64,000 bases of DNA from Candidatus Woesearchaeota archaeon (GCA_016188065.1 JACPIN010000005.1:13646-77645), one strand, 5' to 3'; positions 9,994 to 19,853 are shown, counted from the stretch's first letter. The notes: a model not told the origin generated them from the sequence alone. Program-made: numbers and translations.

Positions 9994-11379
9994 TTAATCT
10001 ATCCCCTGAGCTTTTTGTAAATGACCGCTGAAGTCAATGTAAACTGCCTTTTCCTCGCTAAATTCATCCAAACTCCATCCTGCCTCTTTCCCCCATCCAG
10101 TATCTTTTGTTCCTCCAAATGGAAGATGAACTTCTGCTCCTATTGTTGAAGAGTTGATGTAAGTAATTCCAAATTCTAATTCATTAATTGCTCTGAATGC
10201 ATATTGCATATTTTCTGTGTAAATTGCCGAGGATAAACCGTACTTTATCCCGTTACAAACCTTTATTGCTTCATCTATGTTTTTTATTTTTATTAAAACA
10301 GTGATCGGACCGAAAATTTCTTCCTGTGCAATCCTGAAATTTGGTTTAACATCTGAGAAAATAGTTGGCTTGAAAAAGAAACCTTTTCCTTTAATTCCCT
10401 CTCCTCCGCACAATAACTTTGCTCCTTCATTTTTTCCTATGTCAATATATTTGTAAGATTTTTCCAACGCTGCTTTGTTGATTAACGGACCAATATCTGT
10501 CGCTTTTGACAACCCATTTCCTAATTTTAATTTCCTTGTCTTATTCACCAAGATCGTTTCAAATTTCTTGAAGACTTTCTCATGAATAATAACCCTCGAA
10601 GCGGCTGTGCATCTTTGACCTGTAGTTCCAAATGCCCCCCATAGAACCCCTTCTAAAGCAAGATTAAGATTTGCATCCTCCATTATAATTATAGCGTTCT
10701 TGCTACCTAGCTCGAGATTTACTTTTTTCAGCCCTGCATTTTCTCTGATAAATTTTCCTGTCTCGCGAGATCCTGTGAAGGATAAACCGCGTATTCTCGG
10801 ATGCCTGATTATTGGATTCCCGACCTTGTTTCCTGAGCCAGTTACCAGATTCAGAACTCCTTTTGGGAGCCCGGTTTTTTCTATTATTTTTACTAATTCA
10901 ACTGCACATAATGGAGTGTCTGAAGACGGCTTGAATACGATAGTGTTCCCACAAATTAGTGCCGGAGCTATTTTCCATGCTGGGATTGCTATTGGAAAGT
11001 TCCATGGAGCAATTAAACCAACTACCCCAATTGGGATTCTGACTGTTGCATTGAATTTATTTTTTAATTCACTTGGAGTTGTTCTGCCAAATAACCTTCT
11101 ACCTTCTCCAGCCATGTATTCAAAAATATCTATTGCTTCCTGGACATCTCCTGCTGCTTCCTTGTAGACCTTGCCCATTTCTTTTACTTCTAATTTTGCC
11201 AGCTTATCTTTCTCTTTTTTTAACAAATCACGAATCTTGAAGAGAATTTCAGCTCGTTTTGGTGCTGGTGTGTCTCTCCATGATGAAAATGCTTTTTCTG
11301 CTGCCTGAACAGCGAGCTCAACATCATGCTCATCTGAATCCTGGAATTTTCCTAATGGCTGCTCAGTTGCTGGATTCAA
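9994..11379 (-). CDS. NAD(P)-dependent aldehyde dehydrogenase (candidate glutamate-5-semialdehyde/P5C or succinate-semialdehyde DH)
   Basis: 461 aa; ELGSKNA (ELGGK motif), catalytic GQRCTAASR, NAD-binding GSxxxG. Confidence 0.85.
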   Translation of the reverse strand: MNPATEQPLGKFQDSDEHDVELAVQAAEKAFSSWRDTPAPKRAEILFKIRDLLKKEKDKLAKLEVKEMGKVYKEAAGDVQEAIDIFEYMAGEGRRLFGRTTPSELKNKFNATVRIPIGVVGLIAPWNFPIAIPAWKIAPALICGNTIVFKPSSDTPLCAVELVKIIEKTGLPKGVLNLVTGSGNKVGNPIIRHPRIRGLSFTGSRETGKFIRENAGLKKVNLELGSKNAIIIMEDANLNLALEGVLWGAFGTTGQRCTAASRVIIHEKVFKKFETILVNKTRKLKLGNGLSKATDIGPLINKAALEKSYKYIDIGKNEGAKLLCGGEGIKGKGFFFKPTIFSDVKPNFRIAQEEIFGPITVLIKIKNIDEAIKVCNGIKYGLSSAIYTENMQYAFRAINELEFGITYINSSTIGAEVHLPFGGTKDTGWGKEAGWSLDEFSEEKAVYIDFSGHLQKAQGID

Positions 11380-11519
11380 AGAAAAGAAAGTTTTTCCTGT
11401 TTGTGAAGAAGTCCATTTTCCATCAATGTAATTCTTATAAGTTTCTATCTTAACTACCTCTTTATTATATAGATATTAACTGGCAAAGATTTTTATATAC
11501 CTTTCGATTATATCTAATT

Positions 11520-12884
11520 ATGATTTATGACCTAGTTGTTATTGGCGGCGGAAGTGCCGGCTATAGTGCTGCTAAACTTGCTGCTTCTTATAAAAAAAAT
11601 GTCTGTATTATTGAGAAAGGGCCTTTTGGCGGATTGTGTATATTGAGGGGGTGCATGCCGAGCAAGACATTATTGTGGAGTGCGAGAATTGCTGAGCTAA
11701 TAAGGAATGCTAAAGAATTTGGGATTCATGTAGATCAAAACATTAAAATTGATGCCAAACATATTGTTGAAAGAAAAAATAAAATAATAAAAGGATTTGC
11801 AGATTATAGACTAGATAGTGTTAAGAAAAACAAACATATTGATTTGATTTATGGAAAAGCAAGCTTCATTTTTAAAAACAAAGTTCAAGCCGGAGGAAAA
11901 GTAATTGAAGGAGAGAATTTTTTGATTTCTACCGGGAGCAAAATATCTATTCCAAATATTCCTGGATTGAAAGAAGCGGGTTATCTTACTAGCGACGAGG
12001 CATTGGAGCTTAAAAAGTTTCCAAAATCGTTGATAGTTTTAGGGGGAGGCCCTGTTACTTTAGAGTTAGCTTATTATTTTTTTAATCTTGGGGTTGAAGT
12101 CATAATAATTCAAAGAAGCGATCATGTTATGAGCGATAATGATGAAGATTTGGCTGAAGTCATTGAAGAGAGCTTTAGAAAAGAAGGAATTAAAGTTTAC
12201 ACTGGAACTTTCTTGAAAAAAGTTTCTAAAGTTGGAAACATAAAAGCAGTTGAGTTTGAGCATGGTAAGAAAAACGTTAATGTTAAAGCTGAAGAAATAT
12301 TAGTTGGATTAGGAAGAATACCTGATTTTGACGGATTAAATTTGCAAAGGACTGGAATGAAACTAGATGGTAAGGGAATTCCTATATTAAATGAATACCT
12401 TCAAACTTCTGTTAAAAATATTTATGTTGCTGGTGATGCTAGCAAAATTTTAGAGGTTGTTAACGTTGCTGTTGAGCAAGGGAGAGTTGCTGCTGAAAAT
12501 ATGTTTGGGAAAAAAGAGAAACTTGATTATCATAAATTCCCCGCTGCTGTTTTTACACATCCAGAAGTTGCTTGGATTGGAGTTACTGAAAAAGAAGTTA
12601 AAGAGAAAAATATGAACGCTGAAACTGCAAAATTGCCTTATGAAGACTTGGGAAAAGCTATGTGCCTTGGTGAAACTGAAGGTTTTATCAAAATGATTAT
12701 GGATAAGAAAAGCAAAAGAATCTTAGGTGTGGCTATTGTCGGGCATTTAGCAAGTGATATAATTCATGAAGCTGTTCCTTTGCTTTATAACAAAAATACT
12801 ATTTATGATTTAGCTAAAATGCAGCATATTCACCCTACCTTTGGAGAGATTTACAGTTACTTAGTTGAGGATTGTTGCGATTAA
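11520..12884 (+). CDS. Class I FAD-dependent pyridine nucleotide-disulfide oxidoreductase (Lpd/MerA-like) with a C-terminal Cys-Cys
   Basis: 454 aa; GGGSAGYSAA FAD site, redox-active GGLCILRGCMPSK, C-terminal HIHPTFGE dimer-interface His, and a terminal EDCCD. Confidence 0.8.
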   Translation: MIYDLVVIGGGSAGYSAAKLAASYKKNVCIIEKGPFGGLCILRGCMPSKTLLWSARIAELIRNAKEFGIHVDQNIKIDAKHIVERKNKIIKGFADYRLDSVKKNKHIDLIYGKASFIFKNKVQAGGKVIEGENFLISTGSKISIPNIPGLKEAGYLTSDEALELKKFPKSLIVLGGGPVTLELAYYFFNLGVEVIIIQRSDHVMSDNDEDLAEVIEESFRKEGIKVYTGTFLKKVSKVGNIKAVEFEHGKKNVNVKAEEILVGLGRIPDFDGLNLQRTGMKLDGKGIPILNEYLQTSVKNIYVAGDASKILEVVNVAVEQGRVAAENMFGKKEKLDYHKFPAAVFTHPEVAWIGVTEKEVKEKNMNAETAKLPYEDLGKAMCLGETEGFIKMIMDKKSKRILGVAIVGHLASDIIHEAVPLLYNKNTIYDLAKMQHIHPTFGEIYSYLVEDCCD

Positions 12885-13885
12885 AGGATAATCTTTTAAA
12901 TTTAATTTTGTATGACGGAGATATGAACACTGTTAAGATTTCTGCTAATGATGTTGAAAGAATAGCTAGCAATCTTCCTATGAAGGAGATTGTGAATTTT
13001 TTGGAAGATATACTTAGGGCAAGCCATGACGGGAAAATTAAAGTTACCGACAAAAAAGTTGTCCCCCCAGAGAGCAATGAGCCATATCATTTTCATCTTG
13101 AGCTAGAAACAGAGGATGAAAGAGAAGTTAAGGTCAGAAAAGTGATTGACGAAAGCAGGCCCGATGGTGTCAATGTTAAGAAAAATACTTTAATAACTCT
13201 GATAAATTCCGATAGGATATATGAAATTTTTGGTGACTTTATAACTGATACACGGACTGGAGCTTCCGGTGCCCTGGCTGCAAAGTATTTGACGGAAAAT
13301 CCGAGTGTTATCGCAATTGTTGGAGCTGGTAAAGTTCCAAGACAGTTTGCTTTAATTGCTGATTATCTTTTTAACCCTAGGGAGATTAGGTTTGCTACGA
13401 GAAGTGAAAAATCTAGAATTGAATTTTACGAATTTCTTAAAAATAATACTGATGCAGAGATTCAAGCATATGATATATTTAACTTCGATCATAGGAAGAG
13501 GCTGTTGAAAGATGCAGACATATTGTTTGAAGCAGCTCCTTTGTATAAAGATGGAGAAGACGTAAAATTTAAATTAAAAGAGATAATGTTGATGAGATCT
13601 GGCGCTCATATTTCTTCTATGACCGGTGATGGAAACCAGCATAATTTCCATGAGGATGTTTTGTTAAAAAGTGTTATTGTCGTTGATGATGAAAACTCTG
13701 CAAGGAAAAATTCTGAATTAAGGCACCTTGCTGAGAATGAAGGTAATGTTATTGGAACATTATTCGATGCTGCAGCCGGCAAACTTGAGATATATAAACA
13801 TCAGCTAACATTTTATGATTCAAGCGGAAATGCTCCTATGGATAGACTAGTGGAATTAGTTGTTAAAGAATATAATAAAGATTAA
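12872..13885 (+). CDS. Ornithine cyclodeaminase/mu-crystallin family protein (ornithine cyclodeaminase or archaeal alanine dehydrogenase type)
   Basis: 337 aa; TDTRTGASGALAAKYL and IAIVGAGKVPRQFA Rossmann motif typical of OCD/mu-crystallin. Confidence 0.65.
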   Translation: MLRLKDNLLNLILYDGDMNTVKISANDVERIASNLPMKEIVNFLEDILRASHDGKIKVTDKKVVPPESNEPYHFHLELETEDEREVKVRKVIDESRPDGVNVKKNTLITLINSDRIYEIFGDFITDTRTGASGALAAKYLTENPSVIAIVGAGKVPRQFALIADYLFNPREIRFATRSEKSRIEFYEFLKNNTDAEIQAYDIFNFDHRKRLLKDADILFEAAPLYKDGEDVKFKLKEIMLMRSGAHISSMTGDGNQHNFHEDVLLKSVIVVDDENSARKNSELRHLAENEGNVIGTLFDAAAGKLEIYKHQLTFYDSSGNAPMDRLVELVVKEYNKD

Positions 13886-14991
13886 ATCTTGACTGCGCAT
13901 ATTTTGCATTTTTCTAGAACTCTTTTTCTTGCTATCTCCAACGCTGCTGCTCGGGGATATGTTTTTTTCTTTTCTGCTTGCGTTAAAACCAAATCTGTAT
14001 TCTTTCTAACTTTCTCCTCAACCATCCTGAACATTTTTTTTTCATTTCCGCCAGTGTATTCCACATAACTGCTTATAACTCCGCCAGCATTTGCAACGAA
14101 ATCGGGAACAACGAGGATTCCTTTTCTATGCAAGAGCTCTTCAATTTGTTCGGTCATTGGAATATTGGAACCTTCAACAATCAGCTTTGCCCTTACAGAA
14201 TTTATATCGCCTGATTTTATAATATCTGGAATTGCTGCGGTTATTAAAACATCTACTGGAGATTGGATAATATCCCTGCACGAATCTTTTTTTCCATTGT
14301 AATTTACAACAGAGCCTGTTTCTTCTTTTATTTTCATTAATTTCTCGTAATCAATTCCTTTTTCTACAAAGATGCAACCTTTAGAATCTGAAACAGCTTT
14401 CAATGTTGCACCTGCTTCAGTCAGAAATTTCACTGTAAAGGTTCCTACATTGCCGAAACCTTCAACTGCGAAAGAAACATTTTTTACATCTTTTTTCATG
14501 TGCTTTAAAGCTACAAGAGTAGAGTGCGCAACTCCGAATCCTGTGCTGCCTAATTCATGAGGGATGCCTCCCATTTTCTTCGGCTTGCCAGTACACGCTT
14601 TTTTATTCCCGTTGGCTTTTGCAAACCACTCCATTTCCTGCTCAGCAGTATTTATATCAGGAGCTGCAATATAATATTCCGGGCAGATTACTTTTAACGC
14701 TTTTGAAAAAGCTTCAATGATTTCTTTTTTCTTCTCAAGCGAAAATTGCCTAGGGTCAGCAATGATTCCTGATTTCCCACCACCGAAAGGCAAATCGGCC
14801 ATAGCATTTTTCCATGTCATTGTTCTTGCTAACTTTGCAACTTCATTCATTGAAACTGTTGGCGTCATCCTAATCCCACCTTTAGCAGGACCTAATGCAA
14901 GATTATCGAGAATGACGTAACCCCTCATTCCCACTTTTGGATTATAAACTTCAATTATTTTTTCAGGCCCGTAGGCATCAAATTCTACCAT
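13882..14991 (-). CDS. Glu/Leu/Phe/Val dehydrogenase-family amino-acid dehydrogenase (glutamate dehydrogenase-like)
   Basis: 369 aa; AKGGIRM and LPFGGGKSG GDH signatures; C-terminal NAD-binding GFGNVG. Confidence 0.85.
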   Translation of the reverse strand: MVEFDAYGPEKIIEVYNPKVGMRGYVILDNLALGPAKGGIRMTPTVSMNEVAKLARTMTWKNAMADLPFGGGKSGIIADPRQFSLEKKKEIIEAFSKALKVICPEYYIAAPDINTAEQEMEWFAKANGNKKACTGKPKKMGGIPHELGSTGFGVAHSTLVALKHMKKDVKNVSFAVEGFGNVGTFTVKFLTEAGATLKAVSDSKGCIFVEKGIDYEKLMKIKEETGSVVNYNGKKDSCRDIIQSPVDVLITAAIPDIIKSGDINSVRAKLIVEGSNIPMTEQIEELLHRKGILVVPDFVANAGGVISSYVEYTGGNEKKMFRMVEEKVRKNTDLVLTQAEKKKTYPRAAALEIARKRVLEKCKICAVKI

Positions 14992-15392
14992 TTAATTTTC
15001 CTTTTGTTATAGATTAACTTTTTCTTTATTAAGTTTTTTACCAACTCTCTGTTAAACCTTTTTTTATTTCTTAAATCTGGATTATATCTCAAGTTATTGA
15101 TGCTTGAGAATAATTTAAGAAAGACTTGTTCCTGCTCAACTACAAGCCTGCCAACTATAGAACCAAGCACGTACAGCATTACACTAACACCGAAGATAGC
15201 ATATATTGAAATAAATATCTTTGAAGAGTCTTTGGTCGGAACCAAATCCCCATAGCCAACAGTAGTAATTGTTATGGTTGAAAAATAGAAAGAGTCTACG
15301 TACGACCATGACTCGTTGTTATGCAGATAAACAGTGCCAATAGTTAAAAGAACCACGATTACCGATATTGGATAGATAAGTTTTAGCACCAT
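14985..15392 (-). CDS. Two-TM potassium channel (KcsA-like pore protein)
   Basis: 135 aa; selectivity filter TITTVGYGD between two TM helices. Confidence 0.8.
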   Translation of the reverse strand: MVLKLIYPISVIVVLLTIGTVYLHNNESWSYVDSFYFSTITITTVGYGDLVPTKDSSKIFISIYAIFGVSVMLYVLGSIVGRLVVEQEQVFLKLFSSINNLRYNPDLRNKKRFNRELVKNLIKKKLIYNKRKIKW

Positions 15393-15428
15393 AAATCGAT
15401 AACCCTCTTTTAATATAAAAAACTATTG

Positions 15429-15695
15429 CTACTTTATCCCCAATATTTTTCTTAAACCCTTTTCATCAAAGCCTATGACTGCATCATCCCATTTACCATC
15501 TATAACAATTACAGGAACACCGTGCTGACCTGTTTTTTCCACCATTTCTTTTGCAGCATTTTTATTGTCTTGGACATTAATATCCTGGTATTTCACATTA
15601 TGCTTTTTAAAGAATTCTTTTGTGTGGTTGCAGTGAACACATGTAGGCAGACTATAGACTTTCACTTCATGCTGTTTTTTTGATTTTTCTACCAT
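15429..15695 (-). CDS. Glutaredoxin-like small thioredoxin-fold protein
   Basis: 88 aa; VKVYSLPTCVHC CxxC site near the N-terminus, Grx/NrdH-like length. Confidence 0.75.
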   Translation of the reverse strand: MVEKSKKQHEVKVYSLPTCVHCNHTKEFFKKHNVKYQDINVQDNKNAAKEMVEKTGQHGVPVIVIDGKWDDAVIGFDEKGLRKILGIK

Positions 15696-15739
15696 GTTAA
15701 TTTAAGTACTTGCACATTTATTATTAAATCTTTCTTTGC

Positions 15740-16783
15740 TTAAAAAGTATGTTTCTTTGGCGGGTTTTTTAGAAATTCATACAGTATTTTTATAGTTCCT
15801 TCTATATCGCGCATATCTGAAATTCCAATTGTTGAGTGAATGTTTCTAACTGCCACTCCTATCGCTGTTGAAGGCGTCCCACCTTTTGACAACATTATAT
15901 TAGTTGCATCAGTTGTGCCGAATGAAGAAACATCTTTTTGTAAGTTAACTTTTAATTTCTTAGATATCTTCTCCAGCATATTATTTAGGTGCTTGTCTGC
16001 AATCATCTCTGCATCCTTTACAGTTATTACCGGACCATTGCCTAGCATCCTTGTAGAGCCAACTGCCCCATCTCTTGCTGAAACAACATCTATAGCTATC
16101 CCCCATTCAGGCTTTAGATTATAAATTGAAGTCTTTGCTCCGTATAACCCAATCTCTTCCTGCACTGTAAATATAAAATAGATATCTGCTCTTGCCATTT
16201 TTAGCCTTCTTGCCAGCTCTATAAGAATATAACAACCAGTTCTGTCATCAAGGGCTTTTCCCGATATTACATTCTTGTCACCGAGATATTCAAAATGATG
16301 AAGCGGAATTATATAACAGCCAACATCAATGCCTTTTTTCTTACAACCTTCTTTAGTAAGCCCTACGTCTACATAAAGCTCTGAAATCGGAGGGATATCT
16401 TTCCTATCTAGGGATCTGCCGTCATGAATTTCTTCGAATGTAATAACTCCATGGCAAATTACTTTATTCTTTTCATTCATGATTTGAACTTTCTGGCCAA
16501 CTAGCGCGATAGTATCAACGCCACCGATAGCAGTGATCTTAAGATAGCCGTCGGCATCTACCTTGCTAACCATCAATCCGATTTCATCCATGTGAGCGGC
16601 TAGAACTATTACAGGCCCTTTTCCTTTTTTCCTGCAAATTAAATTTCCCAAGCTATCTGTTTCGATCTTGTTTACATACCTCTTCATCTCTTTTTTAATT
16701 AAGTTTCTTACTAGGTCCTCATCTCCACTTGGACTGACTGTGTTAATTAATTTCTGCAGAAGAGCTGTTGATATTTTATTCAC
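15740..16783 (-). CDS. M42-family metallo-aminopeptidase (TET/FrvX-like)
   Basis: 347 aa; AHMDEIGLMV and DDRTGC metal-binding motifs of peptidase M42. Confidence 0.85.
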   Translation of the reverse strand: MNKISTALLQKLINTVSPSGDEDLVRNLIKKEMKRYVNKIETDSLGNLICRKKGKGPVIVLAAHMDEIGLMVSKVDADGYLKITAIGGVDTIALVGQKVQIMNEKNKVICHGVITFEEIHDGRSLDRKDIPPISELYVDVGLTKEGCKKKGIDVGCYIIPLHHFEYLGDKNVISGKALDDRTGCYILIELARRLKMARADIYFIFTVQEEIGLYGAKTSIYNLKPEWGIAIDVVSARDGAVGSTRMLGNGPVITVKDAEMIADKHLNNMLEKISKKLKVNLQKDVSSFGTTDATNIMLSKGGTPSTAIGVAVRNIHSTIGISDMRDIEGTIKILYEFLKNPPKKHTF

Positions 16784-16801
16784 CTCTTAATTTTAGATGA
16801 T

Positions 16802-18016
16802 TTATTTCTTTAATAATCTTTTTCTTTTTATTTTTGCTAGTAGTTTTGCTTTTGTTCTGTAATATCCCAAGTCTTCTATAACCCCTTGCCTATAACCATG
16901 GTCTAATTTTCTTATTTCTTTCTGTATCTTTTTTATCTCATTCCCAGACAGCTCTTTAAAGTTGAAACATCTTTTTAATTTAAAGACAATCTCTGCTAAT
17001 TTCAATCTTAGTTTTCCTTCTTTTATCTTTTTAATTGATTTTTTTTCGATTAATATTAATACAGCCAGGATAACTGCGATAATTAGCTTGAGGTATTTAT
17101 TTGAAAAGATATTAGATTCTGCTATTTCTATTTCCTTTTCAAATGATGTTGTTTTATCTTTATACTTAACAAGCATAACAACTTTATAACTTCCTGCTGG
17201 CAATTCACTTGTTTTAAAAGGCAATTTGAGAGTATTTGAAACAATAAACCTGCCTTCATTTTTTATGACTACCTCACTATTCCTGATTAATAAATTTGTA
17301 ATTGATACGGATTTTTCCTCGTCTGTGTTTGAAAATATATAAAAGTTAAGATCTGCTTTGCCAGACAAACTTTTTTCCTCCATGTAAATATTGAAAGAAA
17401 TCATTTCATCAACTTGTGTTCCTACTTTTAGAATTTCAATTGTCTGAGACGCTGTTGCTGAGTAGTCCAGGTAATGCACTTTAATATTTAACTTGTATAA
17501 TCCCTGTATCGATGATGGAATCCATAACCTAGAATTCAAAACCTTATCTTCATTTCTTGCTATAAAGATTGTTTCTTCTCCTGTTGAAAAGGCCTTTCCA
17601 GTCTTAAAATCTTCTAAAGAGTAACTTATGATTACATCATCGGAAATTTGGCTCATTTCTTTAATCAGATAAGAAAAATCAAGAAACTCTCCTGCGATCA
17701 TTGGAGAGTCTGCGTGGATTAATTTAATATCAAAAAGTCTTAAGCAATCTCCATCACGACAGATCAAACCAGGGGAGCAATCATTATTGGATAAACATCC
17801 TGAAAAGCTTTTTCCGCCACTACCTCCGCCGCCACTTGTAGCCGTAGTTGTTGTCGATGTTTGCACTGCTTCTTCTCCCACTCCATAACTTCCTTTTCCA
17901 TAATCCCCCTCTCCATAATTTGCTGCTTGCACTAATTGTAAAGAAATAAAAAATAACACAATTAAACAAAGAAAAATATTTCTTCTATAATTTTTTCTTT
18001 TATCAATATGCGGCAT
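16802..18016 (-). CDS. Secreted cell-surface protein with C-terminal TM anchor and basic cytoplasmic tail
   Basis: 404 aa; signal peptide, Gly/Thr/Cys-rich linker (TSTTTTATSGGGGSGG, CLSNNDCSPGLICRDGDC), beta-rich body, C-terminal TM (LKLIIAVILAVLILI) then KRKRLLKK. Confidence 0.45.
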   Translation of the reverse strand: MPHIDKRKNYRRNIFLCLIVLFFISLQLVQAANYGEGDYGKGSYGVGEEAVQTSTTTTATSGGGGSGGKSFSGCLSNNDCSPGLICRDGDCLRLFDIKLIHADSPMIAGEFLDFSYLIKEMSQISDDVIISYSLEDFKTGKAFSTGEETIFIARNEDKVLNSRLWIPSSIQGLYKLNIKVHYLDYSATASQTIEILKVGTQVDEMISFNIYMEEKSLSGKADLNFYIFSNTDEEKSVSITNLLIRNSEVVIKNEGRFIVSNTLKLPFKTSELPAGSYKVVMLVKYKDKTTSFEKEIEIAESNIFSNKYLKLIIAVILAVLILIEKKSIKKIKEGKLRLKLAEIVFKLKRCFNFKELSGNEIKKIQKEIRKLDHGYRQGVIEDLGYYRTKAKLLAKIKRKRLLKK

Positions 18017-19760
18017 TTTCTAGAATTTCTATCCTGTTATTTAACTCTTCTATTTGTTTTTGCTGATCTTGGATAGCTTTTGTTAGTAACGCTGTCAGTC
18101 TCGAGTATTCTACATTTAAAGGCTCACCATTTTCATAAAGAACAAATAAACTAGAAACATTTGCCACTTCCTCTGCAATAAATCCGGCTTGTCTCGGAGC
18201 ATTAGGCAGGTAACTTTCTTTATAATCAAACTCAACAGGATGTAATTCCATTACTTTACCTATCCCTAACTCTAATGATGAGATATTTTCTTTCACTTTT
18301 AAAGTAGACAAAGTGCAATCGGTAGCAGAGCTGGATTCTATAATTGTGTTATTTGATGTGATACAAACAGCCGTCCCTGAATTTTCTGCATTTAATCCTT
18401 CAAATATAACCTGTTTAGAAATATTCATGCTTCCACCAATGTTTAAAGTGTTTGACGGAGAAGTTGTACCTATACCCACGTTTCCATTTTGATCAATTTT
18501 AACCCTGTCAGAGCCTGCTGTAACAAAGCTTATTGCTCCATTTTCATTGTTGACAAAATAAAAACCACCATCAGTAGATCCAAAATTTGTCAGCTGTCCA
18601 CCTATGTTTGAAACGAAACTGGAACTTTTAACTACGCTTCCGGCTGATGCTGTGGTAGAGATATTCCCATTTACTTCAAGCTTATCTCCCGGGGTTGATG
18701 TACCGATGCCGACATTACCTCCTGATTTCATCAACAATAAATCGCTTAAACCGCTTGCTACATTTTTAACTTCAACAGCGGAATACCAGCTAGATCCATT
18801 ATAATAATAAAAACCAACACTTTCCCCTGCTGCTCCTCCCCCTTCTGATAATATTGAAAAGTTGCTTCCTGTAGGTATGATAAATACGCCTGCTGGAAGT
18901 TCTCCGGTTGCTGCCCCATTAGGTCTCACTGAAAGAACATAAGTGTCATTAATTGAGAGAGTTTCATCTGGACTATTTGTTCCGATTCCAACTTTGTCTG
19001 CACCTTTCAAAGTTAAAATGTCTATTGGAGTTCCATCGGTTTTTAGCCTGAAGAATATATCTCCGGCATCATTGTCCCATTTATTGTCAAAAAATGTATC
19101 TCCTCCATCGTTATCATAAAGTATTTGGAAACCTGCTCCATCTGCAGTATCTCTAAAATAGAGTCTGGGGTCTACTGTAGTGGAAGTCCCTGGATTAATT
19201 ACAACTGATGGATCTGTTTCACTTCCGACATTTAGAGTTCCATTTGTATTTGTAGTTCCCACAAGTACTTTTCCCCCCATCAACGCTATGTTGGATGTTG
19301 ATCCGGGATAAATAAAATCTGTTAAGAGAGAATCTGAAATGGATAAATTTCCTGCTACAAAGACATCATTGCTTACGGATAAATTATTAATTAGGATTGA
19401 AGGTAAGGTGTTAGCATAAAGATAATCTGAGATTAAAGAATCTACGATTGTTAAATTGGCCTGAGAGGTTATGTTATCTGTTACTGATAAATTTGCAAGA
19501 AGGAATTCGGAAGTTGCTAAAATATCATCTCCTGAGATTGTTGCATCTAAAATCTGAGTTGTATTGACAATACTTTGACGAAGGTTTCCTCCATCATCAA
19601 TGCTTACATTGAGATAATTGTTTAAAATTGTCCCCCATCCATCATCATCGCTGTTTACCGTTGGAAGCCTTTCTGCATCGACATTTGTTAGATGAATTGT
19701 AAATAGCAGCATCATAAAGAGGATTCTTCTTAACATTGTACAAGATTTATTGTACATCAA
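18003..19760 (-). CDS. Secreted tail-fibre-like protein with C-terminal peptidase-S74 intramolecular chaperone (auto-processing) domain
   Basis: 585 aa; signal peptide; repeated VGIGT(N/S/T)SP and SDSLLTDFIY beta-helix-like repeats; C-terminus HPVEFDYKES...RQAGFIAEEVANVSSLFV...coiled coil (QDQQKQIEELNNRIEILEN) matches the S74 self-cleaving chaperone domain of phage tail spikes and endosialidases. Confidence 0.6.
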   Translation of the reverse strand: MMYNKSCTMLRRILFMMLLFTIHLTNVDAERLPTVNSDDDGWGTILNNYLNVSIDDGGNLRQSIVNTTQILDATISGDDILATSEFLLANLSVTDNITSQANLTIVDSLISDYLYANTLPSILINNLSVSNDVFVAGNLSISDSLLTDFIYPGSTSNIALMGGKVLVGTTNTNGTLNVGSETDPSVVINPGTSTTVDPRLYFRDTADGAGFQILYDNDGGDTFFDNKWDNDAGDIFFRLKTDGTPIDILTLKGADKVGIGTNSPDETLSINDTYVLSVRPNGAATGELPAGVFIIPTGSNFSILSEGGGAAGESVGFYYYNGSSWYSAVEVKNVASGLSDLLLMKSGGNVGIGTSTPGDKLEVNGNISTTASAGSVVKSSSFVSNIGGQLTNFGSTDGGFYFVNNENGAISFVTAGSDRVKIDQNGNVGIGTTSPSNTLNIGGSMNISKQVIFEGLNAENSGTAVCITSNNTIIESSSATDCTLSTLKVKENISSLELGIGKVMELHPVEFDYKESYLPNAPRQAGFIAEEVANVSSLFVLYENGEPLNVEYSRLTALLTKAIQDQQKQIEELNNRIEILENAAY

Positions 19761-19853
19761 TCTTCCCTCTTTTTATAATAAAAATGCTTGAGATTATTTA
19801 AAGATTTGGGTTATTTTTCAGATAAAGGAGATATAATGATAAACTTTAGCCTT

